Shown here: piece by piece, positions 30,299 through 39,795 of the stretch
How the letters are laid out: each line of letters begins with the position of its first letter
How positions within the stretch are numbered: the stretch's first letter is position 1
Source of the DNA: Candidatus Levyibacteriota bacterium
GTDB taxonomy: Bacteria; Patescibacteriota; Microgenomatia; Levybacterales; UBA12049
DNA: 64,000 nt
NCBI GenBank assembly: GCA_003173895.1
Contig: PJMG01000022.1
Location: 3,454 to 67,453, forward strand
Reading direction: 5' to 3'
Made by a program: the position numbers and the translations under genes
Notes under the pieces: model-generated
What the model was told of the DNA's origin: nothing
Databases searched by the model: none
What the model saw: the letters and a program-made list of their open reading frames with translations, nothing else

Positions 30299-31041
30299 TA
30301 TATTTTTTTAGCAATAATTGTTATATCTGATGCACCAAAAAATTTGATACTAATTTTATCTAAAAAATAAATTATACTTATTAAAAATAATTTTATAAAA
30401 CGGATTATTTTACCAAAGGGGTCAATTGTAAATAATGAATTTCTTATTATTCCTTCTGTTTCTTTAACACTTGATATTAAGAATTTTTGTTTTTTCAGTA
30501 AGGAAACAATTGCTTCTTTAGAATATCTTCTTAAATGACCTACTTTTTTGTCAAATTTTTTAACTAAGCCTAATCTATTTAACGGAGCAGTAATTAATGG
30601 AACAGATATTATTAATATGCCTCTTGGTTTAAGTAAATTATAAATTATTTTTAGAGCGTCTATATCATTTGGCAAATGTTCTAAAACTTCATTGCAGATA
30701 ATCAAATCGTATTTAATTTTATTTTTTTTATAATGAGTAAAATCTTCCTTTTTAAATTTAATGTTTTTAATATTTAATATTTTTTTATCGGCATTAGCAA
30801 TATTTATTGCTCTTGAAGAGATATCGATTGCTTTAATATTTATATTATATTTATTAGCTAAATAGAAATCTATAGTACCTACTCCACAACCTATATCTAA
30901 AATTGTTTTTATCTTTTTATTGTTTTTAACAATATTTTCATATATTTCTAATTTCTCTTTATATGTAAAATCTTTTGTTGTTATTATTTTTTTACTTATT
31001 TTTGAATTGGAATGGAATTTTTCATTAATATTTTTACTCAT
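30298..31041 (-). CDS. Class I SAM-dependent methyltransferase
   Basis: Motif I ILDIGCGVGT. A later LLKPRGILII stretch is post-I-like. Confidence 0.75.
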   Translation of the reverse strand: MSKNINEKFHSNSKISKKIITTKDFTYKEKLEIYENIVKNNKKIKTILDIGCGVGTIDFYLANKYNINIKAIDISSRAINIANADKKILNIKNIKFKKEDFTHYKKNKIKYDLIICNEVLEHLPNDIDALKIIYNLLKPRGILIISVPLITAPLNRLGLVKKFDKKVGHLRRYSKEAIVSLLKKQKFLISSVKETEGIIRNSLFTIDPFGKIIRFIKLFLISIIYFLDKISIKFFGASDITIIAKKI

Positions 31042-31164
31042 TTAAATTTAAATTATCCTTACTAGGATGGATTTTTATGAACATTTCATACATAAAAAAT
31101 ATTGCCCCTTGACAATTATATATTATTTGTTTCAACATATAAATGTAGATACAAATTAATTAGT

Positions 31165-33399
31165 ATGATATCCCCTGATAAAATAAAAATCTTTTTAAGT
31201 TTTTTTGTTTTCTTCATATTAGTTATATTTGTATCTACATTTTCGTTTAAGGCACATGCTAATACTTCTATTTGGACTAATGTAACTGATTTGCCTTATA
31301 CAATAGCTAGTAATATCAGCTTTTCTTATGTAAATAATATATATAATTTAGGTGGGTCTGCTGCGACTGGACAAAGTAAATTTGATGTTCTACTTAATAC
31401 GACGAATAATAATGGTGATTTATCAAATTCTTGGACTAATTTATTATCTTTTCCTAAGGCTCTTATATTACATTCATCTACTATAGTAGAAAATCATGTA
31501 TATGTTCTAGGTGGAAAAGAGGAGAATCCTGGTTCATCCTTAAATATAATAAATTCTGTCTATGTAGGACTTATTAATTCTAATGGATCAATACAATCTT
31601 GGACTCCTCTCACGCCTCTTCCATCTCCACTCATGCTTGGAGCTGCTGTAGTTTTAAATAATCATCTTTATTATATTGGTGGGGAAAATAACTCTGGTGT
31701 TAATAATCCAAATGTATATGTTAGCTCTATTAACTCTGATGGAACTATTGGACCTTGGTCCATTGCAGGAACTATACCAGGTGGCGGATTAAATTCAGAA
31801 GTGGCTTTCAGTTATCAAAACAAAATTATAGTAGCAGCAGGAAATTCAAATAATACAAATATTGCTAATGTAAGAATTGCCACAGTTGATTCTAATGGAA
31901 ATATATCTGGATGGACTGATGGACCTCTATTACCAGTAGCCTTGGGACGTCCGTACGGTGCACAATCTAATGATAAAATTTTTATTATTGGAGGAGGACT
32001 TAATAGTCCTAATCAAAATTCTCATACTTTTTATACGACTATTGATAATTCAGGAAATTTAACACCTTGGATTACTGCTACCAGTAGTGCAGACCTAACT
32101 TTAGGACAATGTTGTGGCGGTACTGCAGTGGCTAACAATTATATTTATGTTATAGGTGGGTATAGCAGTGGTCAAGGTTATTTATCATCAGTATTAAGAG
32201 CTAATATAAACGATATACTTGGGAATACGCCCCAGGTGATAGATTTAAATGTTCCTCTTATTAAACAAACAGCTTCTCCTTGGGGAAACCAAGTTTATGA
32301 TAGAGCTAATTTTTGGTCACCAAGCGATAATAGTATTAGTAGCTGGGGATGTGCTCTAACTTCTGCCACTATGGTTTTAAATTACTATGGAATTACTAAA
32401 TTACCAAATGGTACTACACTTGATCCAGGAAGTTTAAATACTTGGTTAGAGAGTCAAAATGATGGATATGTAGATAATATAACTAGTGGATATGTAAATT
32501 GGGTAGCTATTGCTAGACTTTCCAAGTTAGCTAAAAGTGTAAATAACATAACTGCTTTTGATGCTTTAGAATTTAGTAAATTTACAGGAATGAATAATAC
32601 TCAACTTACAAATGATTTAAAAAATAACATTCCAGATATCTTAGAAGAACCTGGACATTTTATAGTAGCTAAAGGAATTAATGGTAGTACATTTGATATT
32701 AATGATCCTTACTATAATGATAATAAATTAAGCGATATTTACTCAAACACCTATCAATCAATTGGTACTTTTACACCTGCTCATAGTGATCTATCTTACA
32801 TCATGTTAACTTATAATCCCAATCTTACAATTATGGTAAAAGATAAAAATGGTAACGTTATTGGTCAAAGTTTTACTCAAAACCCATTAGTCAGTGATCA
32901 GCATTCTAATAATAAAACATCTGCTATAGAGATTTTATATATTCCTAAACCTGATAGTGGAAATTATACAATTACTATTTCTTCAAATACAAATACTAAT
33001 TACGATTTAAAAACTTATATTTACGATATTAATGGTAACGATAAAATTTTTGATCAAAGAGGAAATGTGAATAACTCTAATAATAATATTTTAACTATTA
33101 ATTTTGATAAAAATAATGTTAATCATTCTAATGAAATAAAACATAAATCATTTGAGGATACATTAGATGATATTAGAAGATGTGGTTTATCAAATAGAAA
33201 TCACCGAATAGAAGAAAATTTTCTATTTAATTTAATGAGTGATAGCAGAAATCATCATAATGATTTTAGATTTAAATCTAAACTTGAACTTGAATCTTTT
33301 TATATTTTAATTAATAGTTACAAACACTTAAAGTTTTTATCAGATGATAATTACAACCTCCTATATTCTGATTGGCAAGATCTAAATTCTCAATTTTAA
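31165..33399 (+). CDS. Secreted multidomain protein: signal peptide, six-bladed Kelch-like beta-propeller, C39-like (papain-fold) cysteine peptidase domain, C-terminal beta-rich region
   Basis: Start is most likely at MISPDKIKIFLSFFVFFILVIFVSTFSFKAHA (signal peptide). Six repeats carry a hydrophobic-GG motif (YNLGG, YVLGG, YYIGG, IVAAG, FIIGG, YVIGG). The peptidase domain reads QTASPWGNQVYD...SWGCALTSATMVLNYYG, a Peptidase_C39_2-type Cys motif, with His in EPGHFIVAKG. Confidence 0.7.
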   Translation: MISPDKIKIFLSFFVFFILVIFVSTFSFKAHANTSIWTNVTDLPYTIASNISFSYVNNIYNLGGSAATGQSKFDVLLNTTNNNGDLSNSWTNLLSFPKALILHSSTIVENHVYVLGGKEENPGSSLNIINSVYVGLINSNGSIQSWTPLTPLPSPLMLGAAVVLNNHLYYIGGENNSGVNNPNVYVSSINSDGTIGPWSIAGTIPGGGLNSEVAFSYQNKIIVAAGNSNNTNIANVRIATVDSNGNISGWTDGPLLPVALGRPYGAQSNDKIFIIGGGLNSPNQNSHTFYTTIDNSGNLTPWITATSSADLTLGQCCGGTAVANNYIYVIGGYSSGQGYLSSVLRANINDILGNTPQVIDLNVPLIKQTASPWGNQVYDRANFWSPSDNSISSWGCALTSATMVLNYYGITKLPNGTTLDPGSLNTWLESQNDGYVDNITSGYVNWVAIARLSKLAKSVNNITAFDALEFSKFTGMNNTQLTNDLKNNIPDILEEPGHFIVAKGINGSTFDINDPYYNDNKLSDIYSNTYQSIGTFTPAHSDLSYIMLTYNPNLTIMVKDKNGNVIGQSFTQNPLVSDQHSNNKTSAIEILYIPKPDSGNYTITISSNTNTNYDLKTYIYDINGNDKIFDQRGNVNNSNNNILTINFDKNNVNHSNEIKHKSFEDTLDDIRRCGLSNRNHRIEENFLFNLMSDSRNHHNDFRFKSKLELESFYILINSYKHLKFLSDDNYNLLYSDWQDLNSQF

Positions 33400-33400
33400 C

Positions 33401-34651
33401 TTATCTAAAAGTCATGTTAAATGCTCTTTTTACTAAAATTAGTTTTCTAAGAGCTTTTTTACTAAGTAAATAAGATTTTTTAATTTTGGAAGTTTTGGAT
33501 TTTTGTTTTAGAATAAGTGATTCATAAAGTTTTATTAGCTTTTTAGTATAAATCTCTGCAGAAAAATTCTTTGGTACTATTTTTAAAGATTCCTCACCCA
33601 TTTCATTCATTAATTTTTCATTTTTAATTAAATATAAAAGTTTATCTACGAAAATCTTAATATCAAGAGGACTTGTGTAGCCGTTAACATTATTAACTAC
33701 TACATTTTTAAAAGCTAGATCATCTACAGTAATAAGAGGTAAACCTGCTGCTGCTGCTTCTAGGACCACTAACCCTTGAGCTTCAGTGGTGGAAGCAAAA
33801 ATAAATATATCACTACTCCCATAAACTTTTGACATTAAATTTCTTTGTACTTTACCCGTAAAATGTATTCTATTTTCTAATTTTTTATCAATTACTAAAT
33901 TTTGTAATTTTTGTTTTTCTGGACCCGGACCTACTATTACTAAATTACTATTTTTATCTTTTTTAGAAAGTTGTTCAAATACTTCTATAATAAATGTAAA
34001 ATTTTTTTCTTTTCCTAACCTTCCAACAGATAATAAAATTTTGGATTCTTTGGGAATAGAAAATCTTTTTCTTAAATAATTACTTTTTTCTTTTTTAAAG
34101 TTTTTTTCTAAAAGTATATTAGGTATTACTGAAATAGATTTTTTAACGCCATACGAATTTAAGGCCAATTTCATTTTTTCAGAAGGAGTAATTATACCAT
34201 CACAACGGTTAGCAAAAAATTTAAGTCCTGTGGCTATCATAGATGGCTTAATTATTTTTCCATTTAAAATATAATGTGTATACTCAGTTAAAACTGTATG
34301 AAAAGTTAAAACGTAAGGAATATTTTTCATCCTAGCTAATTGATAAGCTAGTAAAGAAAAAGCACCGTTACCATGAGCATGTACTATATCGAAATCTAAA
34401 TGATAAAATTCACGAAAATTTTTATCTGGAATAGGAAAAGGTATGTGGAGAGCTGGTTCTGCTGAAGATAGAATTTTTAAAGATGGAAGACGAATTATAT
34501 TAGCTTTTTTATCTTTATATTTACCAATCTTAGGAGCTATGATAGTTACTTCGTGACCAAGAGCCTTAAGCTCAGAACTGAAATTATCAACAGAAACGCT
34601 AACTCCGTTAAGTTGCGGATAATAAGTATCCGTAACCATTGCAATTTTCAT
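33401..34651 (-). CDS. Glycosyltransferase family 4 (GT-B) with a basic C-terminal tail
   Basis: MKIAMVTDTYYPQLNGVSVSV... and a C-terminal E-x7-E-type region (GLVVLEAAAAGLP). Confidence 0.8.
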   Translation of the reverse strand: MKIAMVTDTYYPQLNGVSVSVDNFSSELKALGHEVTIIAPKIGKYKDKKANIIRLPSLKILSSAEPALHIPFPIPDKNFREFYHLDFDIVHAHGNGAFSLLAYQLARMKNIPYVLTFHTVLTEYTHYILNGKIIKPSMIATGLKFFANRCDGIITPSEKMKLALNSYGVKKSISVIPNILLEKNFKKEKSNYLRKRFSIPKESKILLSVGRLGKEKNFTFIIEVFEQLSKKDKNSNLVIVGPGPEKQKLQNLVIDKKLENRIHFTGKVQRNLMSKVYGSSDIFIFASTTEAQGLVVLEAAAAGLPLITVDDLAFKNVVVNNVNGYTSPLDIKIFVDKLLYLIKNEKLMNEMGEESLKIVPKNFSAEIYTKKLIKLYESLILKQKSKTSKIKKSYLLSKKALRKLILVKRAFNMTFR

Positions 34652-34707
34652 GTATCCTCTTATTTTAACATAAAACTAAAACTTGTAAGATAAGTTATAA
34701 TTAAAGT

Positions 34708-35679
34708 ATGCAACTATTAATTTTCATTACACTAGTCCTAATTATTATATTTTTCTCTTTTATTATCTGGTTTATAAATAAGAAATTTAACGATAATAAA
34801 AGCAATTCAAATATAGATTCTACTCTTTTAGAATGGATAAAAAGCATGCAACAAAATATGAGTGTAAATTCTAACAATATTACACGCGTACTTCAGGAAA
34901 ACTCTAAACAATTAAATGAGAGATTGGATCGTGCAGCAAATGTAATAAGCGATGTAAATCGTGAAATTGGAAAAATGAGTGAAATAGGACGAAATATGCA
35001 ATCTATAGAAGAATTTTTAAAAAGTCCGAAACTTCGTGGTAATTTAGGAGAAAAAGTCTTAAATGATTTAATTACTCAAGTATTTCCTAAAAATACTTTT
35101 TCACTTCAATACACTTTTAAAACTGGTGATAAAGTCGATGCAGCTATAAAAACTGATGCTGGGATACTACCTATTGATGCGAAATTCCCTATGGAAAATT
35201 TTCAGAAAATGTCAAAAGCTAAAAACACTGTAGAAATTGAGAGTTATAAAAAGGAATTTATTCGAGATGTAAAAAAACATATTGATGCTATTTCTAAAAA
35301 ATATATTTTACCAGATGAAGGGACTATGGATTTTGCACTCATGTATGTCCCATCAGAAAGTGTGTTTTATGAAATAGTAAATTTGGAAGAGATTTTAGAA
35401 TATGCTAGAGTTAAAAGAGTTTATATAGTTTCTCCCAGTACACTTTATGCCCATCTACAAACCATTTTATTATCTTTTGAAGGTAAAAAAATAGAAACTC
35501 AAGCAAAAGAAATCTTTAAATTACTTAGAGGTATGCAAACTGATTATCAAAAAACCAATGATGCTATAGATATCTTAGAAAAGCATTTAACTAATGCTTC
35601 AAATCAAATGATAAATGTAAATAAAAATTTTTCTCAAATTGGTCAAAAATTAAATTCCACGAAACTTTTAGAAGATTAA
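34708..35679 (+). CDS. rmuC: DNA recombination protein RmuC
   Basis: N-terminal TM segment followed by coiled-coil. Conserved RmuC C-terminal region (LRGNLGEKVL..., DFALMYVPSESVFYE, VSPSTLYAHLQTI). Confidence 0.8.
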   Translation: MQLLIFITLVLIIIFFSFIIWFINKKFNDNKSNSNIDSTLLEWIKSMQQNMSVNSNNITRVLQENSKQLNERLDRAANVISDVNREIGKMSEIGRNMQSIEEFLKSPKLRGNLGEKVLNDLITQVFPKNTFSLQYTFKTGDKVDAAIKTDAGILPIDAKFPMENFQKMSKAKNTVEIESYKKEFIRDVKKHIDAISKKYILPDEGTMDFALMYVPSESVFYEIVNLEEILEYARVKRVYIVSPSTLYAHLQTILLSFEGKKIETQAKEIFKLLRGMQTDYQKTNDAIDILEKHLTNASNQMINVNKNFSQIGQKLNSTKLLED

Positions 35680-36371
35680 TCAATAATACTTTCATATTTT
35701 ATGTTCTCCAATTTAACTCTCATGTTAATTAATATCTCCTCCATTGAAGCGTTAAATGAAAAAGATCCACAAGAATAAAATTCTACATTTTTAAAATCAG
35801 AAATGTATTTTTTAATTAATTTCTCTTTTATTCTACCTTGTTCAAATCCTTTAATACTTTCCTGACTTAGAGTATAAATAATTTTTACGTTTTTATTTTC
35901 ATTAGCAATTTTTTTAAACTCATCAAAGTAAATAATATCTTCTAATTTTTTAAATGATGCAATTAAAGTAATTCTCATGTTGAGTTTTTCTTTATCTATA
36001 AACTTTAACATGCTATGAAAAACAGTAATACCAATTCCACCACTTAAAAAAACTTTTTCTTTATCATTTTTTGCATCTAAAATAAAATTACCTTTAGGTC
36101 CATCCATTTTTATTTCTGATTTTTCATCTAGTTCAAATAGTTTCTTTTTATAATCACTTTTTCCCCATCGAGTAGTTATAGTTAAATATTCATCTAGTGG
36201 AGATGAAGAAATAGTAAAGTTTCTCGGATAATCTTTAAACTTTCTCCCCTCAAAATCAATTTCCATATATTGCCCAGCTATATAATTAAAACCATAGGGC
36301 TTTTCAAAATAAACAGACCATATATTATGAGTTAATTGATCTTTTTTTAAAATTTTACTTTTATAAATCAT
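35676..36371 (-). CDS. FNR-like oxidoreductase (FAD-binding and NAD(P)-binding domains)
   Basis: RNFTISSSP is the FAD RxYS-type motif. SGGIGITVF is the NAD(P)H Gly-rich motif. Start is most likely MIYKSKIL; the track ORF starts 13 codons earlier. Confidence 0.7.
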   Translation of the reverse strand: MIYKSKILKKDQLTHNIWSVYFEKPYGFNYIAGQYMEIDFEGRKFKDYPRNFTISSSPLDEYLTITTRWGKSDYKKKLFELDEKSEIKMDGPKGNFILDAKNDKEKVFLSGGIGITVFHSMLKFIDKEKLNMRITLIASFKKLEDIIYFDEFKKIANENKNVKIIYTLSQESIKGFEQGRIKEKLIKKYISDFKNVEFYSCGSFSFNASMEEILINMRVKLENIKYESIID

Positions 36372-36414
36372 TTCTACCTTGAATTTTACCTTAAAATTGA
36401 CTATTCTCAAAGAT

Positions 36415-36837
36415 ATGAAGGGACTACTCTTAGCTTTATTATTTTTAGTTTTAGTGGTTATTTTAGGCGCTACTTATAAAAATCCTAAATTAGTAAATTA
36501 TTTAAGAGATCAATATCTCAAATCTAATACCTCATCAAGTAGTACACCTACTCCTACCCCAACCAAAAAATCTCCAGAAATACAAATGTATATCTACCTT
36601 AATTCTAATGGATTTTCTCCAGAAGTATTAACAATCAGTACTAATACAAAAGTCGTATGGACTAATAAAACAAATAAGAGTATAAATATAGTAAATAATT
36701 CAACAAATAATAAATTTGATATTGGAACTATAAACGCAAATGCATCAAAAGGAATAGTATTTGATGTTCCAGGAACTTATATTTACCACAATAATTCTAA
36801 TTCTCAACAAATAGTAACTGTAATAGTAGAAAAATAA
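36415..36837 (+). CDS. Membrane-anchored small beta-sandwich (cupredoxin-like) protein lacking copper ligands
   Basis: TM anchor (LLLALLFLVLVVILG), then an S/T/P linker, then beta-rich EVLTISTNTKVVWTNKTNKSINIV...GTYIYH. There is no Cys, so no type-1 Cu site. Fold assignment is tentative. Confidence 0.45.
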   Translation: MKGLLLALLFLVLVVILGATYKNPKLVNYLRDQYLKSNTSSSSTPTPTPTKKSPEIQMYIYLNSNGFSPEVLTISTNTKVVWTNKTNKSINIVNNSTNNKFDIGTINANASKGIVFDVPGTYIYHNNSNSQQIVTVIVEK

Positions 36838-36846
36838 TTTAAACTC

Positions 36847-39759
36847 ATGGATAAAGATTTAAATGAACAACAACTAGAAGCGATTAATTTTGGTGAAGGA
36901 CCACTTTTAATTATAGCTGGAGCAGGCACTGGAAAGACCACGGTAATAACTGAAAGGATTAAACATTTAATTTTAGATAAAAATATTGATCCTGCTAATT
37001 TAGTGGCTCTCACATTTACAGAAAAAGCTGCCACTGAGATGCAGGAAAGAGTGGATATCGCCCTACCTTACGGTTATTCACAGATGTGGATTGATACTTT
37101 TCATGGTTTTTGTGAAAAGATTTTAAGAGATGAAGCTTTAAATATAGGTTTGGATAGTTCATTTAAGCTTTTAACAGAAAGCGAAGCAGTACTTTTCATA
37201 AGAAGGAATTTAGAGAAATTTGATTTTGATTATTTTAAACCTTTAGGCAATCCTAATAAACTAATCTCTAGTTTACTTTTCCATTTTTCTCGACTTAAAG
37301 ATGAAGATATTTCACCTATTCAATATTTACAGTGGGCTAAGCAAAAATCAGACTTAATTAAAAATAATAAGGGCGCGACTGAAGAAGAAAGAGAAGAAGT
37401 TAAAAAGAATTTAGAATTAGCTAATTTATATAATACTTACCAAGAGTTAAAAAATAAAAATGGATTTATGGATTTTTCTGATTTAGTTTTTAATACCTTA
37501 GCATTATTTAGACAAAGAAAAAATATTTTAAAAAAATATCAGGACAAATTCCAATATATTTTAATAGATGAATTTCAAGATACTAATTATCTCCAAAACG
37601 AATTAGCTATTTTACTTTCTAATAATAAACAAAATATAAATGTAGTGGGAGATGATGATCAAGCTGTATATAGATGGAGAGGTGCAGCTGTATCTAATAT
37701 GATTTCTTTCAGAGAAAAATTCCCAAATGCCCAAATAGTAACTTTAACTAAAAATTATAGATCTACTCAAATTATTTTAGATTCTGCTTATAAATTAATA
37801 AAATATAATGACCCTGATAGATTAGAAGTTAAAGAAAATATAAATAAAAAATTAATTTCTCAAATTAAAAAAAATGGAAATGATATACAATTAATTTATA
37901 CTAAAAATGATACAACCGAAACTGAAAAAGTACTGGAAACCATTTTAAAATTAAAAAAAGAAAAAAAGTATAATTATAAAGATTTTGCTATTTTAGTTAG
38001 AGCTAATGACTATGCATTACCCTTCATAAAAACTTTTGAAAGAAATAAAATTCCCTACCAATTCCTAGGTACACAGCAGTTATTTAATCAAGAAGAAATA
38101 AAAGATCTAATTGCATTTTTAAAAGTTACTGCAGATCCTAATGATAGTGCTTCTATTTTTAGACTTTTAAATATTAATTTATTTAAAATAAATAATTTTT
38201 CACTTATTTCCTTATTTAATTTTGCTAAAAGAAAAAATCTAACTATTTTTGAAGCATTAGAAAATTCAAATAAATTAAATATTTCGGAGGTGGACAAAGA
38301 AAAATTAAATAAAGTTTATGATTTAGTAAAAAATAATTTAGAAAAATTAAAGACAGAAACACCAGGTCAAATTTTATATTTTTTCTTACAAGAAACTGGT
38401 ATGTTAGAGAATTTTTTAAATGATACTAGTAACACTACCCAATTAAAAGCTCAAAATGTAGCACGATTTTTTGAAAAAATAAAATTATATGAAGATAATC
38501 ATATTGATAATTCAATACAAGATATTTTAGATTGGATAGATTTATCTATGCAGGTAGGCGAAGGCCCCACAGTAAATGAGATGGCAGAAAATGAGATTGA
38601 TGGCGTAAATATTTTAACCGTTCATTCTAGTAAAGGGCTAGAGTTCCCTGTGGTTTTTATAGTAAATTTAGTTACTAATCGTTTTCCTACCCTGGCTCGA
38701 CGTGAGCAAATTCCAGTTCCTGATGAATTAATAAAAGAAATCTTACCTAGTGGTAATTATCATTTAGAAGAAGAAAGAAGACTTTTTTATGTAGCTATGA
38801 CTAGAGCACGAGATTATTTATATTTTAGCTCTAGTAAGTTTTACAGTGAAGGGAAAAGAGAAAGAAAAATTTCACCTTTTGTAATAGAGAGTTTAGGCGA
38901 AGAAAAAGTTAATAAAGTAATTAATCAAGAGGACAAAGAGAAAAAGCAATTATCCCTTTTAGATTTTGAGCTTTTAAATAATTCAAAAATAGAAATTATT
39001 AAAAGAGAAAAATTAAATTTATCATATCTTTCTTATTCTCAATTTCAAACTTTTGATTTTTGCAATATGCACTATAGATTAAAATATATTTTAAAAATTC
39101 CAACTCAACCCACTCAAAGTTTAAGTTTTGGAAGTAGTTTACACGCTACCTTAAGAGATTTTTATTTACTTATTCAAAATGGGAAAACTAAAGATGAAAT
39201 AGATTTAGAAAGTATTTATAAAAAAAATTGGCTAAGAGAAGGATATAATCATAAAAAAGATCAAGAAAAATATTATAATTTAGGACTTAATATTATTAAA
39301 GATTATTTAGAAAATAATTTTAATGAAAATATAAAATCTATAGTTGAAACTCCTTTTAAATTTTTCTTAAATAATTTATGCATAGGTGGGATAATCGATA
39401 GAATAGACTTCTTACCAGATGGGACCATAGAAATTATTGACTATAAAACAGGAAACAATTTGCCTGATGAGAAAAAGTTAAGTAAAAATTTACAACTTAC
39501 TATTTATGCTCTAGCTCTAATGTCTAGTAAAACTAGTACCTTACCAACTATCAATGATCCAGAAAAAATAAAACTATCACTATATTATTTAGAAAAAAAT
39601 AAAAAATTAAGTATTACTAAAACTCGTGAAGAATTAGAAGATGCTAAAGCAGAAATCTTAGATAAGATTAAGGAAATAGAAAATAGTGAATTTAACTGTA
39701 CAGGAGGAATGTTCTGTAAAGATTGTGAGTATAAAATGATTTGCAAAACTACTTCATAA
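36847..39759 (+). CDS. UvrD/PcrA-family helicase fused to a C-terminal RecB-family (PD-(D/E)xK) nuclease with a 4-Cys Fe-S motif (AddB/Cas4-like)
   Basis: Helicase motifs: AGAGTGKT, TFTEKAA, DEFQDT, VGDDDQAVYRWRGA. Nuclease motifs: GIIDRIDFLPDGTIEIIDYKTG. Cysteines in FDFC...CTGGMFCKDCEYKMIC. Confidence 0.8.
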   Translation: MDKDLNEQQLEAINFGEGPLLIIAGAGTGKTTVITERIKHLILDKNIDPANLVALTFTEKAATEMQERVDIALPYGYSQMWIDTFHGFCEKILRDEALNIGLDSSFKLLTESEAVLFIRRNLEKFDFDYFKPLGNPNKLISSLLFHFSRLKDEDISPIQYLQWAKQKSDLIKNNKGATEEEREEVKKNLELANLYNTYQELKNKNGFMDFSDLVFNTLALFRQRKNILKKYQDKFQYILIDEFQDTNYLQNELAILLSNNKQNINVVGDDDQAVYRWRGAAVSNMISFREKFPNAQIVTLTKNYRSTQIILDSAYKLIKYNDPDRLEVKENINKKLISQIKKNGNDIQLIYTKNDTTETEKVLETILKLKKEKKYNYKDFAILVRANDYALPFIKTFERNKIPYQFLGTQQLFNQEEIKDLIAFLKVTADPNDSASIFRLLNINLFKINNFSLISLFNFAKRKNLTIFEALENSNKLNISEVDKEKLNKVYDLVKNNLEKLKTETPGQILYFFLQETGMLENFLNDTSNTTQLKAQNVARFFEKIKLYEDNHIDNSIQDILDWIDLSMQVGEGPTVNEMAENEIDGVNILTVHSSKGLEFPVVFIVNLVTNRFPTLARREQIPVPDELIKEILPSGNYHLEEERRLFYVAMTRARDYLYFSSSKFYSEGKRERKISPFVIESLGEEKVNKVINQEDKEKKQLSLLDFELLNNSKIEIIKREKLNLSYLSYSQFQTFDFCNMHYRLKYILKIPTQPTQSLSFGSSLHATLRDFYLLIQNGKTKDEIDLESIYKKNWLREGYNHKKDQEKYYNLGLNIIKDYLENNFNENIKSIVETPFKFFLNNLCIGGIIDRIDFLPDGTIEIIDYKTGNNLPDEKKLSKNLQLTIYALALMSSKTSTLPTINDPEKIKLSLYYLEKNKKLSITKTREELEDAKAEILDKIKEIENSEFNCTGGMFCKDCEYKMICKTTS

Positions 39760-39795
39760 GTTGCATCTTTTTTTAAGTTAATTTAAAATCAATTC

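Noticed and set aside
10969-36410. Longer N-terminal extensions given by the ORF track for the HAD hydrolase (to 11787), fusA (to 17851), the Kelch/C39 protein (from 31102) and the FNR-like gene (to 36410)
   Set aside because: The extensions overlap a terminator hairpin or precede a clear signal peptide, or they add residues absent from the conserved family N-terminus. Internal Met starts are more plausible.
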